Below, in pieces: positions 1 to 8,423 of a stretch of DNA of 11,467 nucleotides. This DNA comes from an uncultured Nitrososphaeraceae archaeon. Its GTDB lineage: Archaea > Thermoproteota > Nitrososphaeria > Nitrososphaerales > Nitrososphaeraceae. Position 1 is the first letter of the stretch, and each line of letters starts with the position of its first letter. Under the pieces are notes generated by a model that had not been told where the DNA came from, made no database searches, and saw nothing but the letters and a program-made list of their open reading frames with translations. The stretch covers positions 1-11,467 of the forward strand of contig CAVXZB010000060.1 in the NCBI GenBank assembly GCA_963765895.1, read 5' to 3'. The position numbers and the translations under genes were made by a program.

Positions 1-2
1 GA

Positions 3-164
3 AAATTCCCTGAATTAATCCTTAAAGCAGGATCAACCCAACAAGGGGGAGCAACAACTTTCCGAAACTGTGGTGATCTGCCTACCCCGAGTTGCACAGG
101 GGGCGTTTTTACATCCAGCGGTAACGAAAACGTTCACCAGCATAACACTACTAGTACTCCGTGA
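3..164 (+). CDS. 3' end of a hypothetical protein, possibly small and secreted; truncated by the window edge
   Basis: Open frame from the window start: KFPELILKAGSTQQGGATTFRNCGDLPTPSCTGGVFTSSGNENVHQHNTTSTP, with TGA at 162-164. It is Gly/Thr-rich with two Cys and is followed by a T9 run. Confidence 0.6.
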   Translation, partial: KFPELILKAGSTQQGGATTFRNCGDLPTPSCTGGVFTSSGNENVHQHNTTSTP

Positions 165-246
165 AACTTGGAATTTTAGTGGCAACTAGAGTCTCCCTTC
201 CTTATTTCAACGATGGTCCATCATCATTAATCAATTAACTCCTACC

Positions 247-255
247 TTTTTTTTT
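247..255 (+). terminator. Archaeal-type oligo-T terminator (T9)
   Basis: TTTTTTTTT lies ~80 bp downstream of the stop at 164. Confidence 0.4.
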
Positions 256-708
256 GACGGATAGAGTATTCTCCAATGGTGAGTCATAATATGTCAGAGC
301 ATCAGATGTTACATCCTCTAACACGATAAAATATTATCAGCGCATACCTGCAGAATTTATCCCGGTTATAGCTAAGTATTGTGATACCTGTAGGAAGCAC
401 TTTGTGCATATAGATCATGCTTAGTATCTACCAATACCAAATTAAAGTAGGATGATCTAACCTTACAGGTTACGAGCAAGCTCCGCCATTTTTCAGCTTT
501 CCCTGATTTGGTGAAAAACATACTCAACCCTGTTGATACTGACAGGAAACCTGATTCGATGCTGAGTGGGTGAGCCACTGCTCAAATTCTCAGTTACCAA
601 CCAACACAGCTATACATACACAAGACAAAACCACTGAGCTCGATAAATGCTAAAACTATCAATACTTGTGATGGACTTGCTCATTCAGAAACAATATGTA
701 GACAGTAC

Positions 709-969
709 AAATTGAGTATATCTGTAGATAGTAGCATGTTAGCCGCAGTGAACCATGTATTTAATCCTGTTAATATCCAATAAGTATAAACATACTGGAT
801 GATATTAGATTTTGACGAGTCAGACATAATTATATCGGAAACAAGTCTTCTAAAACAGATATGCAGCATGCCAGATTAAAAACATTATCCTAAATATCAG
901 ATTTGATGTACAGGATGACGCCTAGGTATGAGGATAAACTTAAATGCATTTCTATCATGAGGCGCACCA
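709..969. repeat. Diverged direct repeat, copy 1
   Basis: 709-894 aligns to 3039-3225 at offset 2330/2331, with ~128 of 187 columns identical by manual count. It includes an identical 15-mer ATAATTATATCGGAA (826-840). Gapped similarity continues to TCATGAGGCGCACCA (955-969). Confidence 0.85.
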
Positions 970-1095
970 AATAATAATCTGCAAAGGCATTAGGATGGCA
1001 ACAGCTGATCATATGCGAGCACTTAGGGAGATTGAAGGGGTGAGAAGCTCGTGATACTATCAATCAAAAGTTGATGCAGGAGACACTACCATCTA

Positions 1096-1110
1096 AAGAA
1101 AGTCTTAAAT
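1096..1110 (+). promoter_or_regulatory. Putative BRE/TATA promoter of the solute-binding protein gene
   Basis: AAAGAAAGT-CTTAAAT; the TATA-like element sits ~24-30 bp upstream of ATG 1134. Confidence 0.4.
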
Positions 1111-1133
1111 CACCGAATTCTGATTGAATCGCA

Positions 1134-2453
1134 ATGAACAAGAGTACGCAGGTCTCATTTTTTGCTATTGGTCTTGCGGTCCTACTGTTACTAAGTATGG
1201 TGGTCAGTTCCGGGGTGGCTATTCAATTAGCACCACGGAAGAAACAAGTTACCCTTACAGCAGTAATGAGTGATTTAGGTGACCCAGGAAGATGGGCGCG
1301 TCTACTTCAACCAGCGTTCAAAGAATTAAGGATAAAACATCCGGACATGGATATCAAGCTAAAATATTTGGAGATCCCATCGTATTCTCAAACCAGGAAT
1401 GAGACTTTATCATTATTGGCCAATCAAACTCCTGTAGATATAGTTAATCCGGATGTAATCTGGCTTGGAGAGTTTGCTCAAAAAGGATATCTGACAGACC
1501 TAACAAATCGTAGCATAAGTTGGGGAAGACTTTCTGATTTTTACCAAAATAACGTGGATGGAATGACATATAATCACAAAATTTACGCTATATGGGTATG
1601 GACTGATGTGAGGGGGATGTGGTATTGGAAGGACCTATTGAATGAATCAGGTGTTACGCCGGATCATTAAAAACATGGGGCTGATATCTTGCATCTGCAA
1701 AGAAGCTTAATACTGTACTGAGACCCCAAGGAATAGAAGGAATGCACCTTACTGGCGCTAGCCATTCTCCAGATTTGTGGTACCATTATCTCTGGATGCT
1801 TGGAGGACAAATTCTCACCTATAAGAACGGACATCTGTTTCCAGCATATAACAGCTCAGCGGGAGTTAGAGCAATGGAGTTTATCAAATCCCAAATTGAT
1901 GCAGGCATAAAACCACAAAAACAACATTTTTGGGGGTGTTGAGTTCCTTAATAAGAAATTTGCGGTGATGTTAGAAGCAGTACAACATCATGCGCATTTA
2001 AACACGACTGCGCAGAAACAGGCTTTCGAACAAAAAATTGACGTCTTACCATTTCCTGTGCCAGATCTAAGCTATAATAGCTCGACATTAAGTGGTGGAT
2101 GGTTGTTAGGTATTCCTGAAGCATCAAAAAACAAGGACTTGGCATGGGAGTTAATTACACTAACGGTGGAACCTAAGATACTTGCTCCTTGGTTAGCAAA
2201 ATATGGATATCTTCCAACACAGATACCTATAGGAAACGGTCCATACTCAGGTTTACTGAATCAATCGATACCATATTTTGAAAAACTAATCTCTATGATT
2301 CCGACGGCAGGTGCAAGACCAAGCATACCACAATATCCACAGATAGCTGAACATATAAGGCAAGCGTTAGACGAGGTTTATTATGGTATGAAAGGACCTA
2401 AACAAGCGTTAGACGAGGCTGCAGCAAAGTCTGCAAAGGTTCTGGGATGGTAG
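1134..2453 (+). pseudogene. Disrupted ABC-type extracellular solute-binding protein (family 1, sugar-binding-like), ~439 aa if repaired
   Basis: ORFs 1134-1670, 1742-1942 and 1965-2453 join into one protein with an N-terminal TM/signal segment and motifs DVIWLGEFAQKGYLTDLT, YWKDLL, GGWLLGIP and RPSIPQYPQIAEHIRQAL. Lesions: 1-nt loss near 1664, in-frame TGA 1682-1684, and an extra G in the G5 run 1932-1936. Confidence 0.85.
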
Positions 2454-2693
2454 GTTACTATTAGCCCTCTAGCCATATTTGACCTATCAGATTCATGGAT
2501 CTAAAGTTAAATCAACTCTTCATGTTATCTTTTTGACTGATGGTTTCATGTGACAAAATTGTTTCTGGCCTATCGAAAATTTTAACACATAAATTATAAC
2601 GATATTCTTTAGCAGAACGTTTGAACGTTCGCAATCTGCACACCTAAGGGAAGTACGTCAGGATGCCTTGCTATAAGTAGGCGCGCGCGCGTT

Positions 2694-2861
2694 AAACTCT
2701 TACGTTATATTTTATTAGACTCTATTGTTTCTCCTGTTGTATTTTTATTATCAATTTTGGTTTCATTTATCGACATACAAATTGCATATTATTTTTGGAT
2801 AGTCATAATACCTGCGAAGATAATGTTGCATAAGATATATTCTAAGTTGTTTATTAAATAG
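2694..2861 (+). pseudogene. C-terminal fragment resembling a TMEM175 (DUF1211) family K+ channel
   Basis: Start-less frame KLLRYILLDSIVSPVVFLLSILVSFIDIQIAYYFWIVIIPAKIMLHKIYSKLFIK* gives two hydrophobic helices and a basic tail. This resembles prokaryotic TMEM175 C-termini as recalled. No N-terminal part is visible. Confidence 0.55.
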
Positions 2862-3038
2862 CATGCTATCACAAGGGTTCATGGACTTTGGTAAAATAAT
2901 GTTAAGAGAAAGAGAGAATCAAATGTATAGACGGTGGTCTAGCTAGATAAAATATGTAGCGCCTTAGAAGGGTGCGCCTGGTGAATACGATGGTCAAAAC
3001 TATCATGAGTAAGGATCATCTTAACACCTGTCGACTCT

Positions 3039-3315
3039 AAATTGATGATATCTATAGATAGTAGCGATTAATAGATATGAACCAGTATATTTAATTCAGT
3101 CACTCACCAGTAAGTTTTAACACATCGGACAATGTCGGATTCTTGAAACGCCGAGTATAATTATATCGGAAAAATCCCTTCTAATACAGATGTGCGGCGC
3201 GCCACATTATAAACATTTTCTAAAAAGTGGTATCATATGGATAGACCAGCTTGGTTGAATGCACATAGACGCTGATTAGATGATACTGTCCAATGTCTAA
3301 GTCATGGGCGCGCCA
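3039..3315. repeat. Diverged direct repeat, copy 2; overlaps the last codons of the recombinase
   Basis: Partner of 709-969. It contains palindromes TATCTATAGATA (3049-3060), CCGA-G-TATAATTATA-TCGG (3151-3169) and GGCGCGCC (3196-3203, 3307-3314). Confidence 0.85.
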
Positions 3316-4449
3316 GCAACCTGTCTTCTCTCGATCTCCCGCAACCTATCTGATAAAGACACAAGTTGATCTGATAGTTGCGCTATAGCAATATCCTTTA
3401 CTTTATCGCGCTGTCTTAGAGACTGGTTTAATTCTTCCAATTCCTCTACCTTGGTTTGTATATCGGCGCCCTGTCTTTGTAGTTGATGGACATTAAGGAA
3501 GGTTAGATAAGGTTCAATTTTACGGAATATTTCGGCTTTTTCCGAATCCTTTTTGCGCCAGTACGTAGAACCTGCGTGTCCTATAAAATATTCCGAGTAA
3601 TCAGCATAACCCAGGTCGGATATGGTAGTTTTGACAAACCTTCTAAATGAATGGAGGGTTATCTGTCTTCGCCGTTCGTTACCATCCTCTCTAGTATCTT
3701 TACCTATACGATCTATTGCCATATGAAAAAGACTTAAGCAAATCGTTATAGAGCCACAAATAATTTGGTCTTTCAATATCTTGGTAAACTGCAAATACTA
3801 AATCAGTATTAATCATAGTAGGACTTCTATATTCTGAAATAGTTTTTCCGTCCTGACCGCTTTTGTAGCAACTCTTCTGGTTCGATATTTATAATCTAGC
3901 CATGATTTTAACTGATTGACGACTTCGTCAGTTAGAAAAATAGTTCTATCTGATCTAGTCTTTGTATATTCACCTCTTATAAATAACCTTGAAGGACTTT
4001 AGTCAAAATCCAAGTCCTTTATACGTATTGACAAAGCTTCTCCTGCGCGCATTCCAGTAGCTGCTAGCAACATGATAAAAGTTTTTAGCCTGACGTCTGA
4101 TGCAGCATTTAATATCTCTATGATATCCTTTTTAGATATCGCTTCTTTATTTCTTCTGACTATCCTAGGTAGTTTTACCTTTAGTTTGAATCTACGTGGA
4201 CTAATATCTATGTCATGATACTCAAGAAAGTTTTTTTATCGTTACGACTCGCTGCTTCAGCGTAATTGTTGAAATTCTGTTTTCACTTAAATATCTAGCA
4301 TATCTATTGAGAAGAGAGTAAGCATCTTCTTTATTCTTCTTGATTTTCGAAATCAAATCCACTAAACCTAACGAGTATTTATCCTCAACAAATTTCTTGA
4401 AAGTTTTAAGCCTTGCATGATATTCTCTTGCGGTTAACTTGTTCATCAT
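3297..4449 (-). pseudogene. Disrupted tyrosine recombinase/integrase, ~383 aa if repaired
   Basis: Stitched translation has LLAATGMRAGE (catalytic R), EYTKTR (K), TLHSFRRF (HxxR), IGH and STYW (Y), plus a C-terminal coiled coil. Lesions: +1 in the T7 run 4231-4237, in-frame TAA 3999-4001, -1 near 3870 and +1 in the A5 run 3726-3730. The original start may lie further upstream (ATG at 4507). Confidence 0.9.
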
Positions 4450-4683
4450 ACTTACATTTGTGGCGTATTCAGAGATTCAAATTATATTTTATTACGCTCA
4501 AACTCATATATATTTCGTATTTACAGTTTCATATTCACCATCAATCTAATGATTTACAAATTAACTCACGAATATAAGAATTATGTGTAATACACACTAC
4601 ATCAGCGGTTCTCTTATCTTTGTAAGTGTTATATCCTTCAAACTAAACTAGTTAAGAATTAATATAATTTGTAAACCTGCTAA

Positions 4684-4691
4684 TTTATAAA
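4684..4691 (+). promoter_or_regulatory. TATA box of the DUF5519 gene
   Basis: TTTATAAA lies 24-31 bp upstream of ATG 4715. Confidence 0.55.
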
Positions 4692-4714
4692 TATAGACTG
4701 ATAAAATAATATCT

Positions 4715-5035
4715 ATGAGCACAATTATAGAAAGTATCAAGAAAGAAATATTGAATTGGCCAGATGTTACTGCTGAACCTCATAGATTTGGAGGTCTCGA
4801 ATTTCGTCTAAACAAAAGAGAAATGGGACATATACATGGTGATAAATTGGCAGATCTGCCCTTTCCTATGGATGCTAGAAATAAATTAATTAATTCTGGC
4901 CGTGTATCTCCTCATCACGTTCTTCCACAATCAGGATGGGTGAGCTTTTGGATTAAAGGAGAAAAAGGTGTTCCCACAGTTATTGATCTATTTAAAATGC
5001 GATATGATTATCTTAGGCCAAAACAATATGCATGA
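4715..5035 (+). CDS. DUF5519 / luciferase-like family protein
   Basis: 106-aa ORF with family motifs W..V...PHRFGG.EF, EMGHIHG, ADLPFP and HHVLPQSGWVSF. Confidence 0.8.
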   Translation: MSTIIESIKKEILNWPDVTAEPHRFGGLEFRLNKREMGHIHGDKLADLPFPMDARNKLINSGRVSPHHVLPQSGWVSFWIKGEKGVPTVIDLFKMRYDYLRPKQYA

Positions 5036-5175
5036 CAATGCCAACCCATTCTGCTGTGCAATTGCCTCTCTAACATATTATTAATCAACATTACATCTTG
5101 AGTGCCATTTGTGGGACCCAATAACGGTATTTGTGTATATATTTAAAATATGACTTAATACGTCCCAAGAAAATA

Positions 5176-5628
5176 ATGAATAAAGTTCGGTCTATTATTT
5201 CAATGTTAGTCGCCACAGTATTAGTATCTAGTTTATTGTATAGTATCGGTCAAAATGGATACCATTTGCATCTAGTATCGGCAGCAAAAGGGAAGGACAC
5301 CAATAGCGCTACTAACAGAATTCAATTGTTGTCAGTAAAAGAGGTAAAAGATGGTGTTTATAATTGGATAAATATGAGTAATGGAGAGTCAAACCCGACG
5401 ATAAATGTCTTGGTAAATACAAAGAATGTCATAAAAATCCAGAATCCCACTGATACAAAACATGAACTAGTTATAGATACTGGAGCTGATGCACTACCAT
5501 CAAGCGATGACATTGTTCCGAATGGTTCAGGTCAACTAGTTTTTAGTCCAAATATGACCGGCACATTTACCTATCATTGCGCATATCACCCATTTACTAT
5601 GAAAGGCACTATTCACGTAGCTGGTTAG
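5176..5628 (+). CDS. Secreted or membrane-anchored cupredoxin (type-1 blue copper) protein
   Basis: N-terminal hydrophobic signal, a His in TKHEL and the C-terminal ligand loop YHCAYHPFTMKG (Cys-His-Met). ATG 5176 is preferred over TTG 5131 because TTTAAAAT (5142-5149) lies at TATA distance. Confidence 0.85.
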   Translation: MNKVRSIISMLVATVLVSSLLYSIGQNGYHLHLVSAAKGKDTNSATNRIQLLSVKEVKDGVYNWINMSNGESNPTINVLVNTKNVIKIQNPTDTKHELVIDTGADALPSSDDIVPNGSGQLVFSPNMTGTFTYHCAYHPFTMKGTIHVAG

Positions 5629-5648
5629 TTAATCCTACTTAATTCTTA

Positions 5649-5655
5649 TTTTTTT
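5649..5655 (+). terminator. Oligo-T terminator after the cupredoxin gene
   Basis: T7 run 20 bp after the stop at 5628. Confidence 0.5.
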
Positions 5656-6191
5656 GATTGGATATGAATTACCTAATGTAATTCATGATGATGGACAAAC
5701 AAATTTACACGGTATAGATGTAACCCATTATATTTTTGCCCATGTTTCTATTATAGATATAAGCCAATATTAATCGTATGAATGTTGGTCAAATTTATAT
5801 CATAATATGACTGCGGAGTCAATTGTAATCTGAGCTTGCAACTTGACGATATGTATTAGTAAGGAAGGGGAGTAGAATAAGGGAAATTGAGACTATTTAC
5901 TTGATAAAGCTAATTGTCCATTATTGTGTTATTATTGCTTTGCCAAGCATTTCTTGCAGCCAAAACCCATAAACTAGTCTAATAGTTGTCCTTGTATAGC
6001 CATTTATTTTATTATTGTCCCTTTAGTTTTTATCTGGAGATTGAGTTAAACTCTCGACTTAGTCATACTACTGTAAATCACAAACATGTTGCACCTTAAA
6101 TGTTAGCATGAGAATATACAGACTTCATTACTGAAGGATTTACTATAGGATAACCATCAAACTCATGATATTTGAAGGAATAGGCCTGCCA

Positions 6192-6237
6192 ATAAGTTGG
6201 TATTCACGATCAATTTATATCTTCATAAGTTGGTATT
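6192..6237. repeat. 13-bp perfect direct repeat ATAAGTTGGTATT, two copies
   Basis: Copies at 6192-6204 and 6225-6237 (33-bp period). Confidence 0.8.
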
Positions 6238-6906
6238 ACTGTTTCAAGAACGTAAATGAATGTTCCTCTCAAGCTAATAGAGTACTAGTTATGAAGTCCA
6301 TATTCTAATAAAATATGTATTTCAAATTTTGTGAAAGTAACTTCCTAAAAAATGCTGACTTGCATACTATACGTCCATCATTAGAAAATCATAATCTGAA
6401 TCGGCATTTACTATTCAGATATATAATTCCTGTATTGATTTGGCCTCATTTCATCTCTAATTGCAAAGTAGAATTAGTAGGAAAGTGAATCTTGTACAAT
6501 CACAATATCATTACTCAGATCAAGTATTGCCATCCAAAGAATGTTTTGAATTAAATATAACTATAGCAGATTATTAATATTTGTGCAATTGTTTGTATGT
6601 AATAATAAGTATGTTTTATGAATACGGACAATCTCTTCGTATCAGTAGGTTCACTAAAAATTTAGAATATCAGCTAATTTTGGCTAGATCGAAATTACGC
6701 ATCATTGATTGAACATATACCTGTCATAGATAGACATTTGATTAAGTATGAGAATAAAGAAATATTACAAAACACTCCTTATATTCCACAAACAGAATAT
6801 TTGATGCTGTATATGAGATTAGTACTAAGGAATTCTACATTATTTGAATTTTAGAAGCTTGCATGTACAAGATACAGTTTTACGACTATTGTTACCAGCA
6901 TTACTA

Positions 6907-8104
6907 TCATATTCTTTTATCTATGTGTCTTTGGATAGCCTTTTTTAAGGTGTCGGTAACTATATGAATGATGCGTGGATCATCTACTTTAGGTATGATG
7001 TAGTCATATTTTAAATGATCTCTATCTACTATATCAGCAATCGCCCTTGCAACAGATACAAGCATGTCTTCGGTTAAAGTATTCACCCTAAGATCTAATA
7101 ACGCCCGAAGTATTGAAGGAAATACCGCGGCATTGTTAAGTTGATTTGCAAAGTCTGACCTACCAGTAGCTACGATTTTTGCACCACCTTCTAGAGCATC
7201 AGATGGAAGAATCTCTGGGTCAGGATTACTTAGTGCAAATACTATTGCATCATGATTCATAGAACGTATCGTGTCCTTGCTGATCAAGTGGCCCTTACCA
7301 GATACACCGATAAATGCATCACATCCCTTTAAAACTTCAGTTAGGCTTCCTCCTAATTTATTAGGATTTGTTTTATCAGCGATCTCTTTTTTGTAAGGAT
7401 TTTCTGTACCTCTAATCCTGTCTTTGTCTATTGCCCCAGAACTATCGGTTACAACAATATTCTTACATCCGGCCTCTCTCAATATTTTGAATATCCCATA
7501 TCCAGCAGAACCTGCTCCAGCTATGACTATACATATCCTGTCTATTCTCTTTTGCAGTAACCTAAGCGCATTTAATAATCCTGCGAGAGTAATAATAGCC
7601 GTACCGTGCTGATCATCATGGAAGACAGGAATCGAGAGATCCTTGTGGAGCCTTTCTACGATCTCCAGTACTTTTGGTGATTCAATATCCTCGATATTTA
7701 TTGCCCCAAATACAGGTTGTACTGCTTTTACTAATTTGATTATCTCCTCTTTGTCCTTCGTATCTATACATAGCGGGAAAGCGTTTATGCCGCCTAACGC
7801 TTTAAACAAAACAGATTTTCCTTCCATAACTGGTATTGCTCCTTCTGGACCAATATTACCTAATCCAAGTACTCGTGTACCGTCACAAACAATCGCAACA
7901 TTATTCCATTTTGATGTGAAGTCATATGCCAATTTTTTGTTAGTACCTTATTTTCTTGGCTACAGATGCAACACCAGGAGTATAAATTAGATCTAAAATA
8001 TCACTCTTGCCTTCTGATGAGCCATTTATAGTTACTCTATTGTGGATTTCGATTTTTCCCTTTAGCATTCGATGTAAATTTATAGCATCTTCTTCTAAGC
8101 TCAA
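6907..8104 (-). CDS. mae: NAD(P)-dependent malic enzyme (short prokaryotic type), ~398 aa, with one frameshift near 7943-7954
   Basis: The 341-aa ORF has DGTRVLGLGNIG, VMEGK, INIEDI, FHDDQHGTA, GAGSAG, ALSNPDPEI and ATGRSDFANQLNN. The missing N-terminus MSLEEDAINLHRMLKGKIEI...LIYTPGVASVAKKI reads from TTG 8104 in another frame and ends at TAA 7940-7942. Confidence 0.9.
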
Positions 8105-8150
8105 TTAAATAATCTGATTACATAACACTACGTCAATGTATATAGATTGC

Positions 8151-8166
8151 TGTCTTTATAAAGACA
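8151..8166. promoter_or_regulatory. Perfect 16-bp palindrome with a central TTTATAAA
   Basis: TGTCTTTA|TAAAGACA lies 47-62 bp upstream of the malic enzyme start. Confidence 0.5.
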
Positions 8167-8383
8167 ATAATTTCAGATTAGTTTCAGATATTTGAAGGGA
8201 TTTCAATAATCGACCCGTTAATTGATATCTCTGACCTATTTTTGATCTACATTGCTAATCTCAGTTCGCCGACTTAATAAATCCAATTGACTTTGACTTC
8301 CGAAGTAAATTATTAGTTCTATAAAATGGATTTAATATCCATTAATGTTATTACGTATACAACCACCGTAAATTGTAAATAGT

Positions 8384-8399
8384 AAGAAACTTTTTTAAT
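8384..8399 (+). promoter_or_regulatory. BRE/TATA promoter of the zinc-finger microprotein
   Basis: AAGAAAC-TTTTTTAAT ends 25 bp upstream of ATG 8424. Confidence 0.55.
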
Positions 8400-8423
8400 C
8401 TTTATTGTGCAAAAATTGTATAC

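Noticed and set aside
289-424. Plus-strand frame containing YCDTCRKHF (zinc-finger-like)
   Set aside because: No start codon upstream of the motif in frame, and His spacing is not canonical; probably chance.
372-578. 68-aa minus-strand ORF
   Set aside because: GTG start and no recognisable motif; at best part of a decayed gene.
681-869. 62-aa minus-strand ORF inside repeat copy 1
   Set aside because: The equivalent frame in copy 2 has no ATG and is broken by a frameshift and stops, so the repeat is not conserved as this protein.
1682-1684. In-frame TGA as selenocysteine or readthrough
   Set aside because: It lies next to a frameshift in a multiply broken gene and is not in a redox motif; a nonsense mutation is simpler.
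1948-2145. 65-aa minus-strand ORF
   Set aside because: Antisense shadow of the solute-binding gene.
2361-2418. 16-bp direct repeat CAAGCGTTAGACGAGG (2361-2376, 2403-2418)
   Set aside because: In-frame, encoding QALDE twice in the C-terminal helices; explained by coding sequence.
960-2979. Inverted 9-mer AGGCGCACC / GGTGCGCCT as possible terminal inverted repeats
   Set aside because: Only 9 bp, does not extend, no target-site duplication and no transposase.
3740-3794. Annotated start MQFTKILKDQIICG of the 165-aa ORF
   Set aside because: Artefact of a frameshift; the recombinase reads in another frame upstream of ~3728.
5131-5175. TTG start extension of the cupredoxin ORF
   Set aside because: It overlaps the TATA-like element; the signal peptide begins at ATG 5176.
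7424-7990. Plus-strand ORFs 7424-7612 and 7643-7990
   Set aside because: Antisense shadows of the malic enzyme gene.
6167-8198. 12-bp match GATATTTGAAGG at 6167-6178 and 8187-8198 flanking the malic enzyme gene
   Set aside because: Short, AT-rich and non-extending; compatible with chance.
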